Position numbers and translations under genes: made by a program
Notes under the pieces: model-generated
Told to the model about the DNA's origin: nothing
What the model saw: only the letters and a program-made list of their open reading frames with translations
Databases searched by the model: none
Assembly: GCA_965219415.1 (NCBI GenBank)
Contig: CBDCNP010000002.1
Span: 3,072,001 to 3,136,000, forward strand
Source: Candidatus Marinacidobacterales bacterium
GTDB lineage: Bacteria; Acidobacteriota; Vicinamibacteria; Marinacidobacterales; DATDRI01
Reading direction: 5' to 3'
Length of the DNA: 64,000 bases
Shown here: one piece after another, positions 43,406-55,456 of the stretch
Layout: the number at the start of each line of letters is the position of its first letter
Numbering within the stretch: the stretch's first letter is position 1

Positions 43406-43894
43406 ATGACGACGGAATGCATGACACTGGACAACTGCCACGAGCACGTTGGCCGGCCCTTTCATTCCAAATGGATCGAGGTGACGCAGGAGCGCATCAA
43501 TGCCTTCGGCATTGCGATCGATGACCCGGATCCGCACCATATCGACCCCGAATGGGCGGCAGAGCATAGCCCATGGGGCAAGACCATCGCCTTTGGTTAC
43601 CTGACCGCATCCCTGACGACGCCCATGCTGTACGACGTGTTCCGCTATCAGATGGACGGCGATCCAATCACTTATGGCTACCCGGCCAGCTATGGTTTCA
43701 ATCGTATGCGGTTGATGGCGCCGGTGCTGGTGGACTCGCGCATTCGCGGCAAGTTCACGCTCAAGGATATTTGCGACAGAGGCGAAGGCAAGACGGTCTA
43801 TACCTTCGATATCGAAGTTCAGATCGAGGGCCAGGATAAACCCGCCATGGTTGCCGAATACCTGCTGATGTGGCTGAAGGAGAGCGGCACCTAA
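43406..43894 (+). CDS. MaoC-family dehydratase
   Basis: WIEVTQERINAF, HIDPEWA, TIAFGYLT and YGFNRMR; RBS AAGGAG. Confidence 0.88.
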   Translation: MTTECMTLDNCHEHVGRPFHSKWIEVTQERINAFGIAIDDPDPHHIDPEWAAEHSPWGKTIAFGYLTASLTTPMLYDVFRYQMDGDPITYGYPASYGFNRMRLMAPVLVDSRIRGKFTLKDICDRGEGKTVYTFDIEVQIEGQDKPAMVAEYLLMWLKESGT

Positions 43895-43900
43895 GCAGCC

Positions 43901-45436
43901 ATGAGGACTCCGGAGTTACCCCTGATTAGCGATTACCCGGCGCACTATGCCGCCGAGCGCCCGGATGCCGATGCGCTGGTGATGGGGGAGACGAAGGGCG
44001 AGACGCTCAATTGGCAGCAATTCAAGGATGGGATCGATCGCTGCACCCGAGCGCTCGCGGCCTGCGGCGTGGAGCGTGGCGACCGCGTGGCCATGCTGTC
44101 GGCACCACGCCCGGAGTACCTCATCGTGTATATGGCCACCGCACGTATCGGCGCTATCTGGCAAGGGCTCAACCCGCGCCAGACCTATGCCGAACTGGCC
44201 TACTTGGTGGGAGACTCCCAGCCGAAGGTGCTGCTGGGTGTCGAAGTCTTCGAAGATCGTGACTTCACGGATGATCTCCGTCGCCTCCACCGGGAGACCG
44301 ACGGAATCCGCTCACTCCATTTTATTGGCGAGCACGGCCTGGACGACGTCCTCGCTCTCGGTGCCGAGATCGACGAGGCGGAGCTAGCCCAAGTCCGGGC
44401 GAAAGTTCGCCCGGAGGATCCCTGCCTGGTGGTGTATACCTCCGGCAGCACGGGACGCCCCAAGGGCGCGTTGCTCACTCACCGCAACATCGTCACCACA
44501 ACGCGCATCCAGTGTGAGCATTGGTGGGCCGAGCCTTTCCGCATTCTCAACAACATGCCCATTAGCCACATCGGCGGCGCGGTGCAGTTGTCCTGTCATG
44601 CCATCGTCGCGGGGGGTGCGAGCGTGCTGACCGCCCGTTTCCAGCCCGGCCAGATGGTACTCGCCGCACGCGAGCACAACATCACGGTCATCCACCAAGT
44701 GCCGATGATGTACCAGCGGATCCTGGACACCGCCGAGTTCCGGCAATACGGTCTTCCTAGCATTCAAGTTCTAATCTGGAGCGGGTCACCGTCGCCGATC
44801 GAATGGATCGGTCGCCTACGCGAAATCACACCGAATCTCTTCACGAGTTACGGCGGTACCGAGCTCGGCGGCGAGGCGCTCTATATGCCCGCGGGCGCGG
44901 ATGATGAGGCGCTTTCGCGCTTCGTCGGCCTGCCGCCGGCGGGCTTTGAGCTGCGGCTAGACCGAGAGACCAAAGAGATCCAAGCCCGTTCTCCCGCCAT
45001 CATGCAAGGCTACATGAAGAACCCCGAGGCGATCGCCGAGACCTTTACCGAAGACGGTTGGTTGAAAACCGGCGATTGCGCGGAGATCGACCCCGACACA
45101 GGCTATTGGCGCATCGTCGGGCGCATCAAAGACATATACAAATCGGGCGGCTACAACATCTACCCGCGGGAGATCGAACGTGTGCTGGAAGAACACCCGG
45201 CGGTGGCGGTGGCAGCGGTGTTCGGCGTGCCCGACCCGCTCTACACCGAAAAGGGTGTCGCCTATATTTTGCTAGAAGCCGGCGCGAGCCTGAGCGAAGA
45301 GGAGATCCAGGCCCACTGCCGAGAGCAGCTTGCCAACTACAAAGTGCCCAAGCACTTTTTCATTCGCGACGAGCTGCCCATGCTGCCCATCGGCAAAATT
45401 GACAAGACCGCGTTGAAAAATTTGGAAATTGTGTAA
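43901..45436 (+). CDS. Acyl-CoA synthetase (class I adenylate-forming)
   Basis: YTSGSTGRPKG, YGGTE, TGD, GRIKD and GKIDK. Confidence 0.92.
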   Translation: MRTPELPLISDYPAHYAAERPDADALVMGETKGETLNWQQFKDGIDRCTRALAACGVERGDRVAMLSAPRPEYLIVYMATARIGAIWQGLNPRQTYAELAYLVGDSQPKVLLGVEVFEDRDFTDDLRRLHRETDGIRSLHFIGEHGLDDVLALGAEIDEAELAQVRAKVRPEDPCLVVYTSGSTGRPKGALLTHRNIVTTTRIQCEHWWAEPFRILNNMPISHIGGAVQLSCHAIVAGGASVLTARFQPGQMVLAAREHNITVIHQVPMMYQRILDTAEFRQYGLPSIQVLIWSGSPSPIEWIGRLREITPNLFTSYGGTELGGEALYMPAGADDEALSRFVGLPPAGFELRLDRETKEIQARSPAIMQGYMKNPEAIAETFTEDGWLKTGDCAEIDPDTGYWRIVGRIKDIYKSGGYNIYPREIERVLEEHPAVAVAAVFGVPDPLYTEKGVAYILLEAGASLSEEEIQAHCREQLANYKVPKHFFIRDELPMLPIGKIDKTALKNLEIV

Positions 45437-45442
45437 TCCTGT

Positions 45443-47080
45443 CTAGTCTCTCGCCTTTTTTCTTTCTGATTCCTGCTCACGCAATTCTACGCGGCGGATC
45501 TTGCCGGTTTGGGTGCGGGGAAGCTCCGTTACGAACTCGACTTCGCGAGGGTACTTGTACGGGGCGAGCTGTTCGCGCACATGGTTCTGGAGCTCCTCGC
45601 TGAGCTCGGCCGCGGCGTCGAAGCCCTTGTTCAGGACAATGAAGGCCTTCACGATGTGCCCGCGAAGCTCATCCGGCGATGCGACCACCGCGGTTTCCGC
45701 GACCGCCGCGTGCTCCATCAAAACGTTCTCCACCTCCGGGCCGGCAACGTTGTAGCCGGAAGTGATAATCAGATCGTCGCCGCGGCATTGGTATTGGAAG
45801 TAACCGTCTGAGTCGCGTCGATAGATGTCCCCGGGCAGGTTCCAGCCTTCGCGGACGTACCCCTTCTGGCGCTCCGGCTTGCCCCAGTACTTACAGCCGG
45901 TGGGTCCGGAAACCGCGAGCATCCCGGCTTCTCCGTCGGGAAGATCCCGCATTTCCTCGTCCACCACTCTTGCCTGATAACCCGGAACGACTTCGCCCGT
46001 CGATCCCGCCCGTGCTCGACCCGGCCTAGAGGAAATGAAGATGTGAAACAACTCGGTGCTCCCGATTCCGTCCAAGAGCTCCATTTCGAACATTTCTTTC
46101 CATTGCTCGAAGGTAACCGCGGGCAGAGTCTCCCCGGCGCTCACCGGGGCGCGAAGGCTAGAGAGGTCGAATCGTTTCTTTGCGTCCTCGACCTGCATCA
46201 TGAGTTTGTACGAAGTGGGTGCACAAAACGCGGCGGTCGCGCGGTAACGGGTGATGGTTTCTAACATCGTCTCGGGCGTGAAGCGCTCGATGAGACATGT
46301 TGCGGCCCCGAACCGGAGCGGATAGACCAACAACCCTCCGAGTCCGAAGGTGAAAGCGAGAGGCGGGTGGCCGGTGAAGATGTCCCCCGGTTCTGGGGCG
46401 AGTACTTCCCGGCCATAAGTGTCCGCGGAAGCGAGCACGTCGCTCGGGAAGTGTACGCAGCCTTTGGGAACACCGGTGCTACCCGATGTGTAGGCGATGA
46501 GCGCCGGCTCGTCCCGACCGATCTCCACCGAGCGCACGGGTTCGAACGCGGCGAGCTCTTCCAAGGCCGGTGAGCCTGATGAGCCCGACGCGCTGTCCCC
46601 CGATACAACAATTTTCTCGACGGTGTCGAGCTGTGATCGCGCTTTCTCCATCTCTTCACGAAGGTCCGAAGAGACCAGGGCGACTTTTACTCGAGAGTCG
46701 TTTGAAACGTATTCCAACTCCCTTGCGCGAAGCAATGGCATGGTCGCCAGCACGACCGCGCCCAGCTTCTGAAGGGCGAACCAAGCGACGACTAACTCGG
46801 GGCGATTGGGGAAGCGAAGGAGAACTCGATCGGTCGGCTCGACGCCTATGCTACGAAGCCCCCCCGCGAGCCGACTGGCTCTCTCGTCGAGCTCCCGGTA
46901 GCTGATGATCTCGTCCCGGTAGTAGATCGCCGGCGTCTCGGCGAGCCCGGAATCCATCGCACGGCGCAGAAGTTCGTCGGCGAGGTTGAGTCGTGACGGA
47001 ATTTCCACCTCGACCCCGTGCGCTCGGCGTGGCGGTATGAGATCCGCCGCGGGAAGATAAGCGGTGAAGTCGAAGGCCAA
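45443..47080 (-). CDS. Benzoate/2-aminobenzoate-CoA ligase family
   Basis: YTSGSTGVPKGCVHF, PPLAFTFGLGG, DGIGSTELFHIFIS, GPTGCKY and TGKIRR. Confidence 0.88.
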   Translation of the reverse strand: MAFDFTAYLPAADLIPPRRAHGVEVEIPSRLNLADELLRRAMDSGLAETPAIYYRDEIISYRELDERASRLAGGLRSIGVEPTDRVLLRFPNRPELVVAWFALQKLGAVVLATMPLLRARELEYVSNDSRVKVALVSSDLREEMEKARSQLDTVEKIVVSGDSASGSSGSPALEELAAFEPVRSVEIGRDEPALIAYTSGSTGVPKGCVHFPSDVLASADTYGREVLAPEPGDIFTGHPPLAFTFGLGGLLVYPLRFGAATCLIERFTPETMLETITRYRATAAFCAPTSYKLMMQVEDAKKRFDLSSLRAPVSAGETLPAVTFEQWKEMFEMELLDGIGSTELFHIFISSRPGRARAGSTGEVVPGYQARVVDEEMRDLPDGEAGMLAVSGPTGCKYWGKPERQKGYVREGWNLPGDIYRRDSDGYFQYQCRGDDLIITSGYNVAGPEVENVLMEHAAVAETAVVASPDELRGHIVKAFIVLNKGFDAAAELSEELQNHVREQLAPYKYPREVEFVTELPRTQTGKIRRVELREQESERKKARD

Positions 47081-47083
47081 AGG

Positions 47084-47602
47084 TTAGGTGGCCCCCCCGT
47101 TGTCAGAAGCCGAGTCTGGTTCGGTCGGCTGTGGCTGCGGTTGTGGTTGAACCGGCGCACCGCCTGCGATCTGGGGCCCCAGGAACGTTTCCAAGATTGC
47201 GAGCACCTGAGGATCGTCTCCGAGATAGAGAACGATGATCCTGCCTTCGCGAAAGAAATGCGGGGTGGCTGGAAAATCGATGGGCTCGCCGTTGATCGTT
47301 CCACCATCTTCGGAGATGGCGGCCGCTACCGCGACTGTGGTGCCGGGTCCGATGAGCTCGAAGACGAGGACGTCCGCGCCTTGGATATTGAAGTGCAGAG
47401 CGGGGACGGGGAGAAAACCAAAAATTTCCTCGAAGCCCAGCTCGACGGCGACGCCGTTGGAGAACAGGACCTCGGCGAAGTCCGCTAAGTCGAAGACCTG
47501 GTCGCCAGGTGACATAACTCGACCCGGGTTGCTAGTATCGCAAGCCGCTAAAGCCAGGTTCAAGATCAGGAGGAAACCAAGCGGGATGAGGACCTTTTTC
47601 AT
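47084..47602 (-). CDS. Hypothetical lipoprotein
   Basis: Lipobox LAAC; TPHFF motif; PQ-repeat tail. Confidence 0.7.
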   Translation of the reverse strand: MKKVLIPLGFLLILNLALAACDTSNPGRVMSPGDQVFDLADFAEVLFSNGVAVELGFEEIFGFLPVPALHFNIQGADVLVFELIGPGTTVAVAAAISEDGGTINGEPIDFPATPHFFREGRIIVLYLGDDPQVLAILETFLGPQIAGGAPVQPQPQPQPTEPDSASDNGGAT

Positions 47603-47730
47603 TGCAGTCACCTCGGCACCTATCTTACCCCAACGCTGGGGTGTGCGCCCATGGGGCGTTCATGGTTGGGGGGGCGGGCAACCGCTATGGTACCATGCGG
47701 CCAATCGCTCCCAAACCTGGAGGTGCACCC

Positions 47731-49609
47731 ATGTCCCGTGGAGTGAAGGCCGGTCTTATCTCTTTGTGTCTCTTGGTTTTCGTGGTCCCAACCGCCGGCG
47801 AGGACCTCGCCACGATGGTGACCCGTATGGCCAGGATCGGGTCTTCCTGGTCCCCGAGCTTCTCGCCGGACGGAAGCCGCTTGGCCTTCGTATCCGACCT
47901 GACAGGAGTGCCTCAGGTTTGGACCATCCCTGCCCGGGGCGGCTTTCCGGAGCAGGTGACTTCCTTGGACGATCCGGTCGGAAGCGTTTCGTGGTCCCCG
48001 GAAGGTTCCTGGCTGAGTTTCTCCTTGGCTCCCGGTGGGGGCATGAACGCTCAGGTGTATCTCGTTCGACCAGACGGAACCGGGCTCCGGAGGCTGACCG
48101 ATGGCGGAAGGGAAACCAATTGGCTGGGGGTATGGGCAGATGACGACACCGCGCTCACCCTAGGCTCCAACCGAAGGAGTGGTGAGGCCATCGATGCTTA
48201 TCTCGCCGACATCGCCAGCGGAGCGCTTCGGTTGGTAAGCAAGAACAAGGGGGTCGGCCAGATCACTTCGGTGAGTGAGTCTGGACGCCACGCCGTGCTT
48301 TCGCGATTGGTGAGCCGGGGTGACAACAATCTCTACCTGATTCATTTGCAGGGCGGTCGAGAAGTGCTCTTGACTCCTCATGATCCGCCCGGAACTTTCA
48401 GCGGCAAAATTACCGCAGACGGTCAAACCGTGTACCTTCTTTCGAACAAAGGGCGCGACCTCGCGGCCTTCGCCCGGATACGACTCGGTGACAACGACCG
48501 CCCGGGCCCCATCGAAGTGTTGACGGCACGGAAGGACGCCGAGCTCCAGGACTTCGCTCTCAGCAAAGATGGAAAGGTTGCCGCCTTGTTCTGGAACGTT
48601 GCGGGAAGAAGCGAGTTGTCTTTCTTCGACCTCCGCAAACGGAAATCGAAATCGGGACCGAAGCTGCCCGCTGAGATTGTCAGCAGTTTCGCCTTCTCCC
48701 GAAACCGGGCGCATTTGGCGATGACGATCTCCGGCGCTACGTTGCCGAACGACGTTTGGGTGTATGACCGCAAGGGCGACCGCCTCACCCAAGTGACCCG
48801 CAGCCCTCATCCCGGGGTGGATCTTTCCACGCTAGTGAGCCCCGAGCTGGTCAGTTTCCAGGCACACGATGGCCTGGAGCTGTCGGGGTGGCTCTACCGA
48901 CCCCGGCATGCCAAAGGGGCAGGCGGGGCAGGCCCGATGGTTCTGAGCTTCCACGGTGGCCCGGAGGGACAGGAACGACCGCGGTTCCGCAGTACATACC
49001 AAGCGATTCTGTCACAAGGGATTTCGGTTTTCGCACCGAATGTGCGCGGTTCAGCCGGCTTTGGGAAGCGATTCGTGAACTTGGACAATGGCGCGTTGCG
49101 CTTCAATGGGATTCGAGACATCAAAGCCTGTGTCGACTACGTGATCGATTCCGGCGTGGCCGATCCCGAGCGAATCGGCATCATGGGTGGATCCTATGGC
49201 GGTTATATGACGATGGCTGGACTCGTCGAGTACCCGGAGCTCTTTTCGGCGGGCGCCAACCTATTTGGCGTCGTCAACTTCGAGACCTTTTTCAAACATA
49301 CCGAGCCTTGGATGGCGGCTATCTCCACAATAGAGTATGGCGACCCCCAGACCGAGGCAGACTTGCTTCACCGTCTCTCTCCGATTCACAAGATCGACAA
49401 CGTCGTGGCCCCCACCGTCGTGCTTCATGGTGCCAACGACACGAATGTTCCCGTGGTAGAGGCGGGAGCAGGTCGTTGGCTCGCTGAAGCAGCGGGGCAT
49501 CGCGGTGGAGTACGTCCTCTTTGCCGACGAGGGCCATGGATTTCGGAAAGAGCCGAATCGAATCCGCTCGGCGGTGGAGATCGTTCGCTGGTTCGTGGAG
49601 CACCTTTAA
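47731..49609 (+). CDS. S9 prolyl oligopeptidase/acylaminoacyl peptidase (+1 frameshift at 49464)
   Basis: PD40 propeller, HGGP, GGSYGG, D and DEGHGF (the last in the shifted frame). Confidence 0.9.
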
Positions 49610-49711
49610 GATGGTTTCTTCATCCTTTAATCCCTCGTTCTGGGCGTCAAACTACGCCATGCCGGTATCAATGGAGTCAGACGCCGGGAGAGGGCCGGGG
49701 GGTGAGGGGTT

Positions 49712-50415
49712 CTATCCCTTCACTTTGGCCACGACGAGCGTGACGTCGTCGGCAAGGGGGGCACCGCGAGTGAAGTCACTCAATCCTGAGAGCACTCCCT
49801 CTTTGATGGCGTCCGCGCCTAGGTGCGAGGACCGCGTGACGATCTCCTCCAAGCGCCGGTAGCCGAAGACCTCATCCGATCGATTCATCGCCTCAGTAAT
49901 ACCATCGGTGTAAAAAAGGATGACGTCTCCCCCCTCCAGAGGGACCGTCTTCTCTTCCATTAACCGACTTGTACCATCCCGATGCCGAGTCCGTTTGGAT
50001 TCAACCATGTGGTCTCCCCGGTCGCGGCGTGAAAGTAGAGTGGCAAGTTGTGACCGGCTCGCGCGATGGAGAGTTGCTTTTTCTCGAAGTCCAGAACCCC
50101 GACCAGAGCGGTGATGAAATAGTTGTTTCGCATTCGTTGGGAGAATACGCTGTTCATCTCGACGAGCATTTCCTTGGGACCGGCGTCGGTCTTGCCGAGG
50201 AGCTCGAAGAAGCCCCTGCAGCTTCATGGCGTAAAGCGCCGCGGGCATGCCTTTGCCAGAGACGTCACCGAGGATCAATGTTAGGCGGTCGTCACCGTTC
50301 TGGAAGAAATCGTAATAGTCGCCGCCCACATCTCGGGCGGGCTGAAAATGGCTGGCGATCGCGAGTTGGTCGATACGTGGGCGCTGGTCGGGTTGAAGAC
50401 TCAACTGGATGGCGG
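49712..50415 (-). pseudogene. SpoIIE/PP2C phosphatase domain, N-terminus missing
   Basis: VGGDYYD, GDVSGKG, YTDGITEA and DDVT; fused to the kinase remnant upstream. Confidence 0.85.
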
Positions 50416-52688
50416 TATGAGAAAGATGTCCGATATGAAGTATCTCATTCCACGAAGGCTGATGAGCTCGGCCGATGGGATTTCCGAAACGGTCGGGCTG
50501 CGGTGCGAAATAGCCCAGTGTCGTGGGAATCCATTGATAGAGCCGCATTTGTAGTATGAAAATCACGCCCAGCAAACAACCCATCAGAATGTGTCGGCCG
50601 ACCAGAGGATCTCGGAAACGCCCGTCCAAGACACGCATCCAGGAGACCATCATTTCCGGCCAGACGCGCCTCACGTAGGGCTCGAGGGCGACGTAGAAGA
50701 GCCAAGCCAGCGCAAATATGAAAAAGCTGCGATAGAGCGCGCCGAAGAGGACATCCACCTCCTTCGACCCCAGGACGTGATGCGCGCCGAAGAACCAATG
50801 GAGCATCACCAGTGAGAACATGTACAAGGCGAGTCGGAACGCCCCACGCCGGTCACCTCGTCCTAAACGCAAGTTCCGGCGAGCGAGCAGGGCTCCTCCC
50901 AGGATGGCGAGCACGTTGGCGCCGATATGCACCACGACCGCCAGAGGTGAAAAGAACTCTGCCGATCGGTCTTCCCGGGGAGCTGGTTGCGGCGAGATCC
51001 ATGCGATCCGGTGTCGTCCAGGGCTCGATAATGCGAAACGCAATCGGTTTGCCGCGATAGGCGGCCGCCTCGACGCGGATCGGAGTGGAGGGAGAGCTAG
51101 GATAGACGCCCCTCCACGCCGCCAGTTCCTCGGCGTAGCTAGCTGGGTTCCACTCAGGTTCTACCGGCTCGAACTCGGCGAGATCGAATCCCGCTTCGCC
51201 AAAGAGGGCACCCCAGTCGGTTTGAGATCCGCTTCGTTTGGCATCATCGAGCTCCGGTGGGACGGTGCTGAACGCTCGGAGCCGGCCCCGTGGATCGAGC
51301 TCGAGGTTGACCATGCCGGAGATCAAAGGAGGAGGATCGTGCGCCGAGGCAAGAAAGCTCGTCAGGCGTTGCGGCACGAGGTCGCGTGGACTCTGTCGGT
51401 ACCAGAAACGGACGAGGCTGGCGTCGACGGCGGACAACCTCTGCCATCGGTCAGGCGACTCGTCGTGCTCGGCCACGTATTCGATGAGGTCCCGCCGGAG
51501 GGTAAAACCATAGCTGCTATCCCGCGCCGTGCCGGAGAAACCAAGATTTCCGATCACGTCGCGCGCCCTTTCCCTCAAAAGCTCGGGAGACTTGGGTAGA
51601 GAAGCGATACCACTTATTTGCGTACTGGGGGTCATCCACACTACCAGGCCGAGCGAGATCACGACACTCGCCAAGTAAGCCCAGGCAACGGCAGGTGGAA
51701 GAGCACCGACGTCACCGGCTTCCGCAACCAGTTCCGGGGACGGCGTCTCGCCCGCGGCGGCCACGGCGAGGGCCGACGGCGGTCTCTTCGCCGGATCCTT
51801 CTCGAGGCAACGAAGGATCACGCGCTCCACCGCGGGGTCGAGATCCTCGACCAGGCTCGAAGGGTTCCTCGGAGTCGTGTCCCTCTGCAGCCGAATCATT
51901 TCCTTGGCAGTGTCCGCAGTGAACGCCCGCTTGCCGGTGAAAAGCTCGTAGAGGACGAGCCCCAAAGAATAGATGTCGCTCTTGATCGACACCTCTTTTG
52001 CCGTCCATTGCTCGGGAGCCATGAACGCGGGCGTTCCGTGGCGAGCATCCACGGGGTCGAGATGTCCGGTCATCGACGCGATCCCGAAATCGGTGAGACG
52101 CACCTTGCCCCGGCCGTCGATCATGACGTTGGAGGGTTTGAGGTCGCGATGCAGCACTCCCTTCTCATGAGCCGCCGCCAAGCCGGCGCAGAGCTCCCGC
52201 GCGATCTCGATCGCCTTGTCACTCGGGAGTCGACCGATGCGCCTCAGCAACGAGCCTAGGTCCTCTCCGTCGATGTACTCCATGGAGAGGAAATGCTGTC
52301 CTTTCACTTGGCCAATGTCGTAGACGCGGCATACGTTGGGGTGCGCCACTTGTCGCGCGAACCGCACCTCACGACGGAAGCGCGCTAGTTTGGTCTCGTC
52401 GTCCTAGATGTCCTCGGGGAGAAACTTTAGGGCGACCGCTTGGCCGAGCTCGAGGTCGTTGGCTCGGTAGATCTCGCCCATGCCGCCTCTGCCTACGCGC
52501 AGTACGATGCGGTACCGTTCGGCTAAAACGTCACCGGGGCTGAACCTTACTCCTTCGGACGTCTTGGCGGACGACAGCGGAGGCCGTGGCTTGGTGACGG
52601 TCGAAGAGAGCTCTTCAAGGGGTTCGCCGCAGTAAGGGCATAGGCGGCTTTCCTCGGTGATTTCCTCCGAGCAGGCTGGGCAGTTCAC
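50416..52688 (-). pseudogene. Membrane Ser/Thr protein kinase with N-terminal Zn ribbon (in-frame TAG at 52404, frameshifts, 3' truncation)
   Basis: CPAC...CPYC, GRGGMG, VALK, HRDLKPSN, DFG and APE; C-terminal transmembrane helices. Confidence 0.85.
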
Positions 52689-52794
52689 CACTCGTGGATT
52701 CCCAAATGTCGAGATGTTAGTTGGCCCCCGGCACCGAAGCAACTCTATCGCCCTTGCAGACTTACGGAGGGCAGGGTTTAATTCCAGAAGCAAC

Positions 52795-53332
52795 ATGCTG
52801 CACTGGTTGAGGGAATCGCTCTTCGGGTACTTGGTCTTTCTGTTCGTTGGTCTGGGTGATCATCCCCAGTGCACTCGTCTACTTCATCGTCTTCCGACGA
52901 CGGTGGCGCGACCGTCTGATCGGTGCATCGATCACCATCGCCGTCTTGGTGACCAACGCCTATCTCTTTTGGCCCATCTTTACGCTGAACGACGGACCGT
53001 TCTACTCCGAGCCCTATGAAGGAGACGTTTCGGGTTTGGAGCTATTTAGCAAAACGCCCCTCCGCCGATTAGGCGAGACGGTCTACCGCCTGGAAGTCCG
53101 GGTCGGAGACGACAAGAACGTGTTCGTCCTGAGGGATCCCGATGGGACGTTGCGCTGGCAACGAGTACCCGACCATGACGGCCCGCTCGGCAAGATTCGG
53201 CTTAGCAAGCAATACACGCGCCTGGCTTGGTGGGGCGGCTGGACGGTAGCGATCGACCCCGAAAAACAAGAAGGCGGTTCCCTGTACCTCGGCCCACTCG
53301 GGGGATTTCGCTACTTCTACCTAAGCTGGTAG
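52795..53332 (+). CDS. Hypothetical membrane protein (+1 frameshift near 52847)
   Basis: Two hydrophobic helices then a soluble domain; the ATG 52795 frame joins by removing one T. Confidence 0.55.
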
Positions 53333-53364
53333 GGAAGTGCTCAAATTCAGATAGGGGGTGGACC

Positions 53365-53685
53365 ATGATCATCCGCACCTGGGGCGCGGTGACGAGCCCG
53401 GACAAGGAACCCGATTATCTAAGGACGGTGAAAAAGCTCGTGCTCCCTCACCTTCGCAAGGTCCCGGGGTATAGAGGATCGTTTTTCGTGCGACGGCAAA
53501 GCGAAGGTTCATGGCGGTACTTGGTGCTCACCTGCTGGGAGTCGATGGATGCGTTGCTCGCGCTCGCCGGGAGCGAGTCCCGGCGAGCTTTCGTTCCGGC
53601 CGAGATAAGAGCAACCCTGGACGAGTGCGACGAAACGGCGGAGCATTTCGAAGTCGTGATCCAGGATCTCCCGCCGTCGCAATGA
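53365..53685 (+). CDS. Antibiotic biosynthesis monooxygenase (ABM)-like protein
   Basis: MIIRTW...VPGYRG...LTCWESMDA...EHFEV. Confidence 0.8.
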   Translation: MIIRTWGAVTSPDKEPDYLRTVKKLVLPHLRKVPGYRGSFFVRRQSEGSWRYLVLTCWESMDALLALAGSESRRAFVPAEIRATLDECDETAEHFEVVIQDLPPSQ

Positions 53686-53749
53686 TGCGCGTCGTCCTAG
53701 CCTCGTGCCTTTCTTGGCGCGTCATGGCCCGCTCGATGAAACGGTAGCG

Positions 53750-55166
53750 TTGCGACGACTCTCCAACTTGTCCCGCCGCCGCGCCAGTCATTGCATTGTC
53801 GGAATCATCCTGGTTTCCTCGGTGGTCAAGGCGATCTACGCCTGGCGCTACTACGGCTTCTACACCGGCGACGACGTCGAGATCCACGAGATGGTCTTCG
53901 CGACTATCTTTCGGCTGGGACTGGAAAGCCTGGGATATCCGCTCTGCCTTTTACCCGTTGGTCTTTATCTATCCCGCGGTCGCCACCGTTGAGAAGCTAG
54001 GAATCGGCGATACCGCTCTCCTCGTTTTTGTGGGGAGGCTGGTGGTCGTGGCGTTCTCTGGGTTGAACCTTTGGCTGACCTACAAGATCGCGTGCCGGGC
54101 GTTCGAGAGTATTCCCATCGGCGTCTTGGCCGCCCTGTTCCTTGCGATCAATAAGCTACACCTGAGCTTCGCGACGACCGTGTTCCCCAGGACCATCTCC
54201 AGTACGTTTGTTCTACTCGCGGTTTGGTGCCTCTTGATGAGTCCGCCGAGAAAGCACTTCGCGATATGGGCCGGCCTGACAGGCCTGACAGGCCTGACAG
54301 GTTTGTCGCTGGGAGTCGCCGCGGCCATCCGCTATAGCGAGATCCTGTTCATCGTTCCCGGTCTCATCCATCTCGTAATGGACAAGCGCTACCGTGACGG
54401 AGCCGTCTTGGTGGTTAGCTTCGTCTGCTCGCTCTGGCTCATCGTCGAAGTCAGTGACGTTCTCTATTGGGGGGAGCGGTTGGCGAGTCTCGAGAAAATG
54501 ATCCTCTATGCGCTCACCTGGCCCGACACTCTAAGCAGGCAGCCTTTCTATCACTACTTGACCACGTTACCGTCGTGGAGCGACTGGTTGACCTTGGGCC
54601 TGGCGGTGGCCTCTTTGAAGTGGGCGCCGTCACGGATGGCGATGTGGGCGTTCCTTCCCGTGGTCTTGCTGAGTTTCTTATCGCACAAGGAAGCCCGCTA
54701 TCTTCTACCTGCGGTTCCTTTCCTTGCCATGTTGGCGGCGGCTGTATTCTGGCGATTGGCATCGAATGCCAAGGGGACGCGCACCGCGATGGTGGGGGCC
54801 CTGCTGGCAGCCATCTTCGTGCTGGAAGTGAGCTTTCTCCGCTTTCGGAGCTCGGAGGAAGCGGTGGATGCGGCGCGTTATGTCGCAGATAGCACCGACG
54901 GCGGCGTCGTGGTGCAAAGATGGACTTCAGGCGGAAGGCTGTACCTGTGGAGGCTCTCCAGGTTCGAGCGTCTTACCCAGGAGCAGATGGAAGAGCGAGA
55001 ATATTTTCGGACCAGCATCTCGTCGGCGTACGTTTCGTTTGTCATTGCCGAAGCACGGGATGTGGAGCGCCTCGACTACGAGAACGTCCTCAAACAGCTT
55101 GGGTACGCAGAGGTCGCGTTCCCGACGCGCGACCGGCGGGGGTTTTTCAAACTCTACCGCCGGTAG
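53750..55166 (+). CDS. GT-C fold (Alg9/PMT-like) membrane glycosyltransferase (+1 frameshift at 53909)
   Basis: GDDVE, W-x-IRS, multiple transmembrane helices and HKEARYLLP. Confidence 0.82.
54273..54299 (+). repeat. 9-bp tandem repeat (GGCCTGACA)x3 encoding GLT
   Basis: Seen directly. Confidence 0.9.
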
Positions 55167-55239
55167 GAAGGCTCACGGGACCATGGCGTTCGGCATAATT
55201 CTTGCGCATTGAATATGTCTAGAGCAGGGAACGTACGCG

Positions 55240-55449
55240 ATGATAAGACGACCGTCCGTCCGGATTCATATAGGACCATTCGAGCTCGTGTTGCTCGTGT
55301 TCCTGGGGGGAGCGCTGCTTTTGAGTCTCCTATGGGGAGCGAAGGCTTCCTGGGATGCAATTACGAATGACCGGGGACAGTGGTACCACTATCTCGCCCT
55401 GGTCGCGATTTGGGGCTTCTTTTTGTACTCCCTTTTGAGCGACGATTGA
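55240..55449 (+). CDS. Small two-helix membrane protein
   Basis: 69 aa with two hydrophobic segments. Confidence 0.5.
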   Translation: MIRRPSVRIHIGPFELVLLVFLGGALLLSLLWGAKASWDAITNDRGQWYHYLALVAIWGFFLYSLLSDD

Positions 55450-55456
55450 TTCGCAA

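Noticed and set aside
49712-51043. Membrane kinase-phosphatase bifunctional protein
   Set aside because: The continuity depends on frameshifts and a junction near 50415; both parts are truncated
52404-52406. In-frame TAG as pyrrolysine or programmed readthrough
   Set aside because: Non-catalytic position, no pyl genes seen, and the gene has other lesions; a nonsense change or base error is simpler
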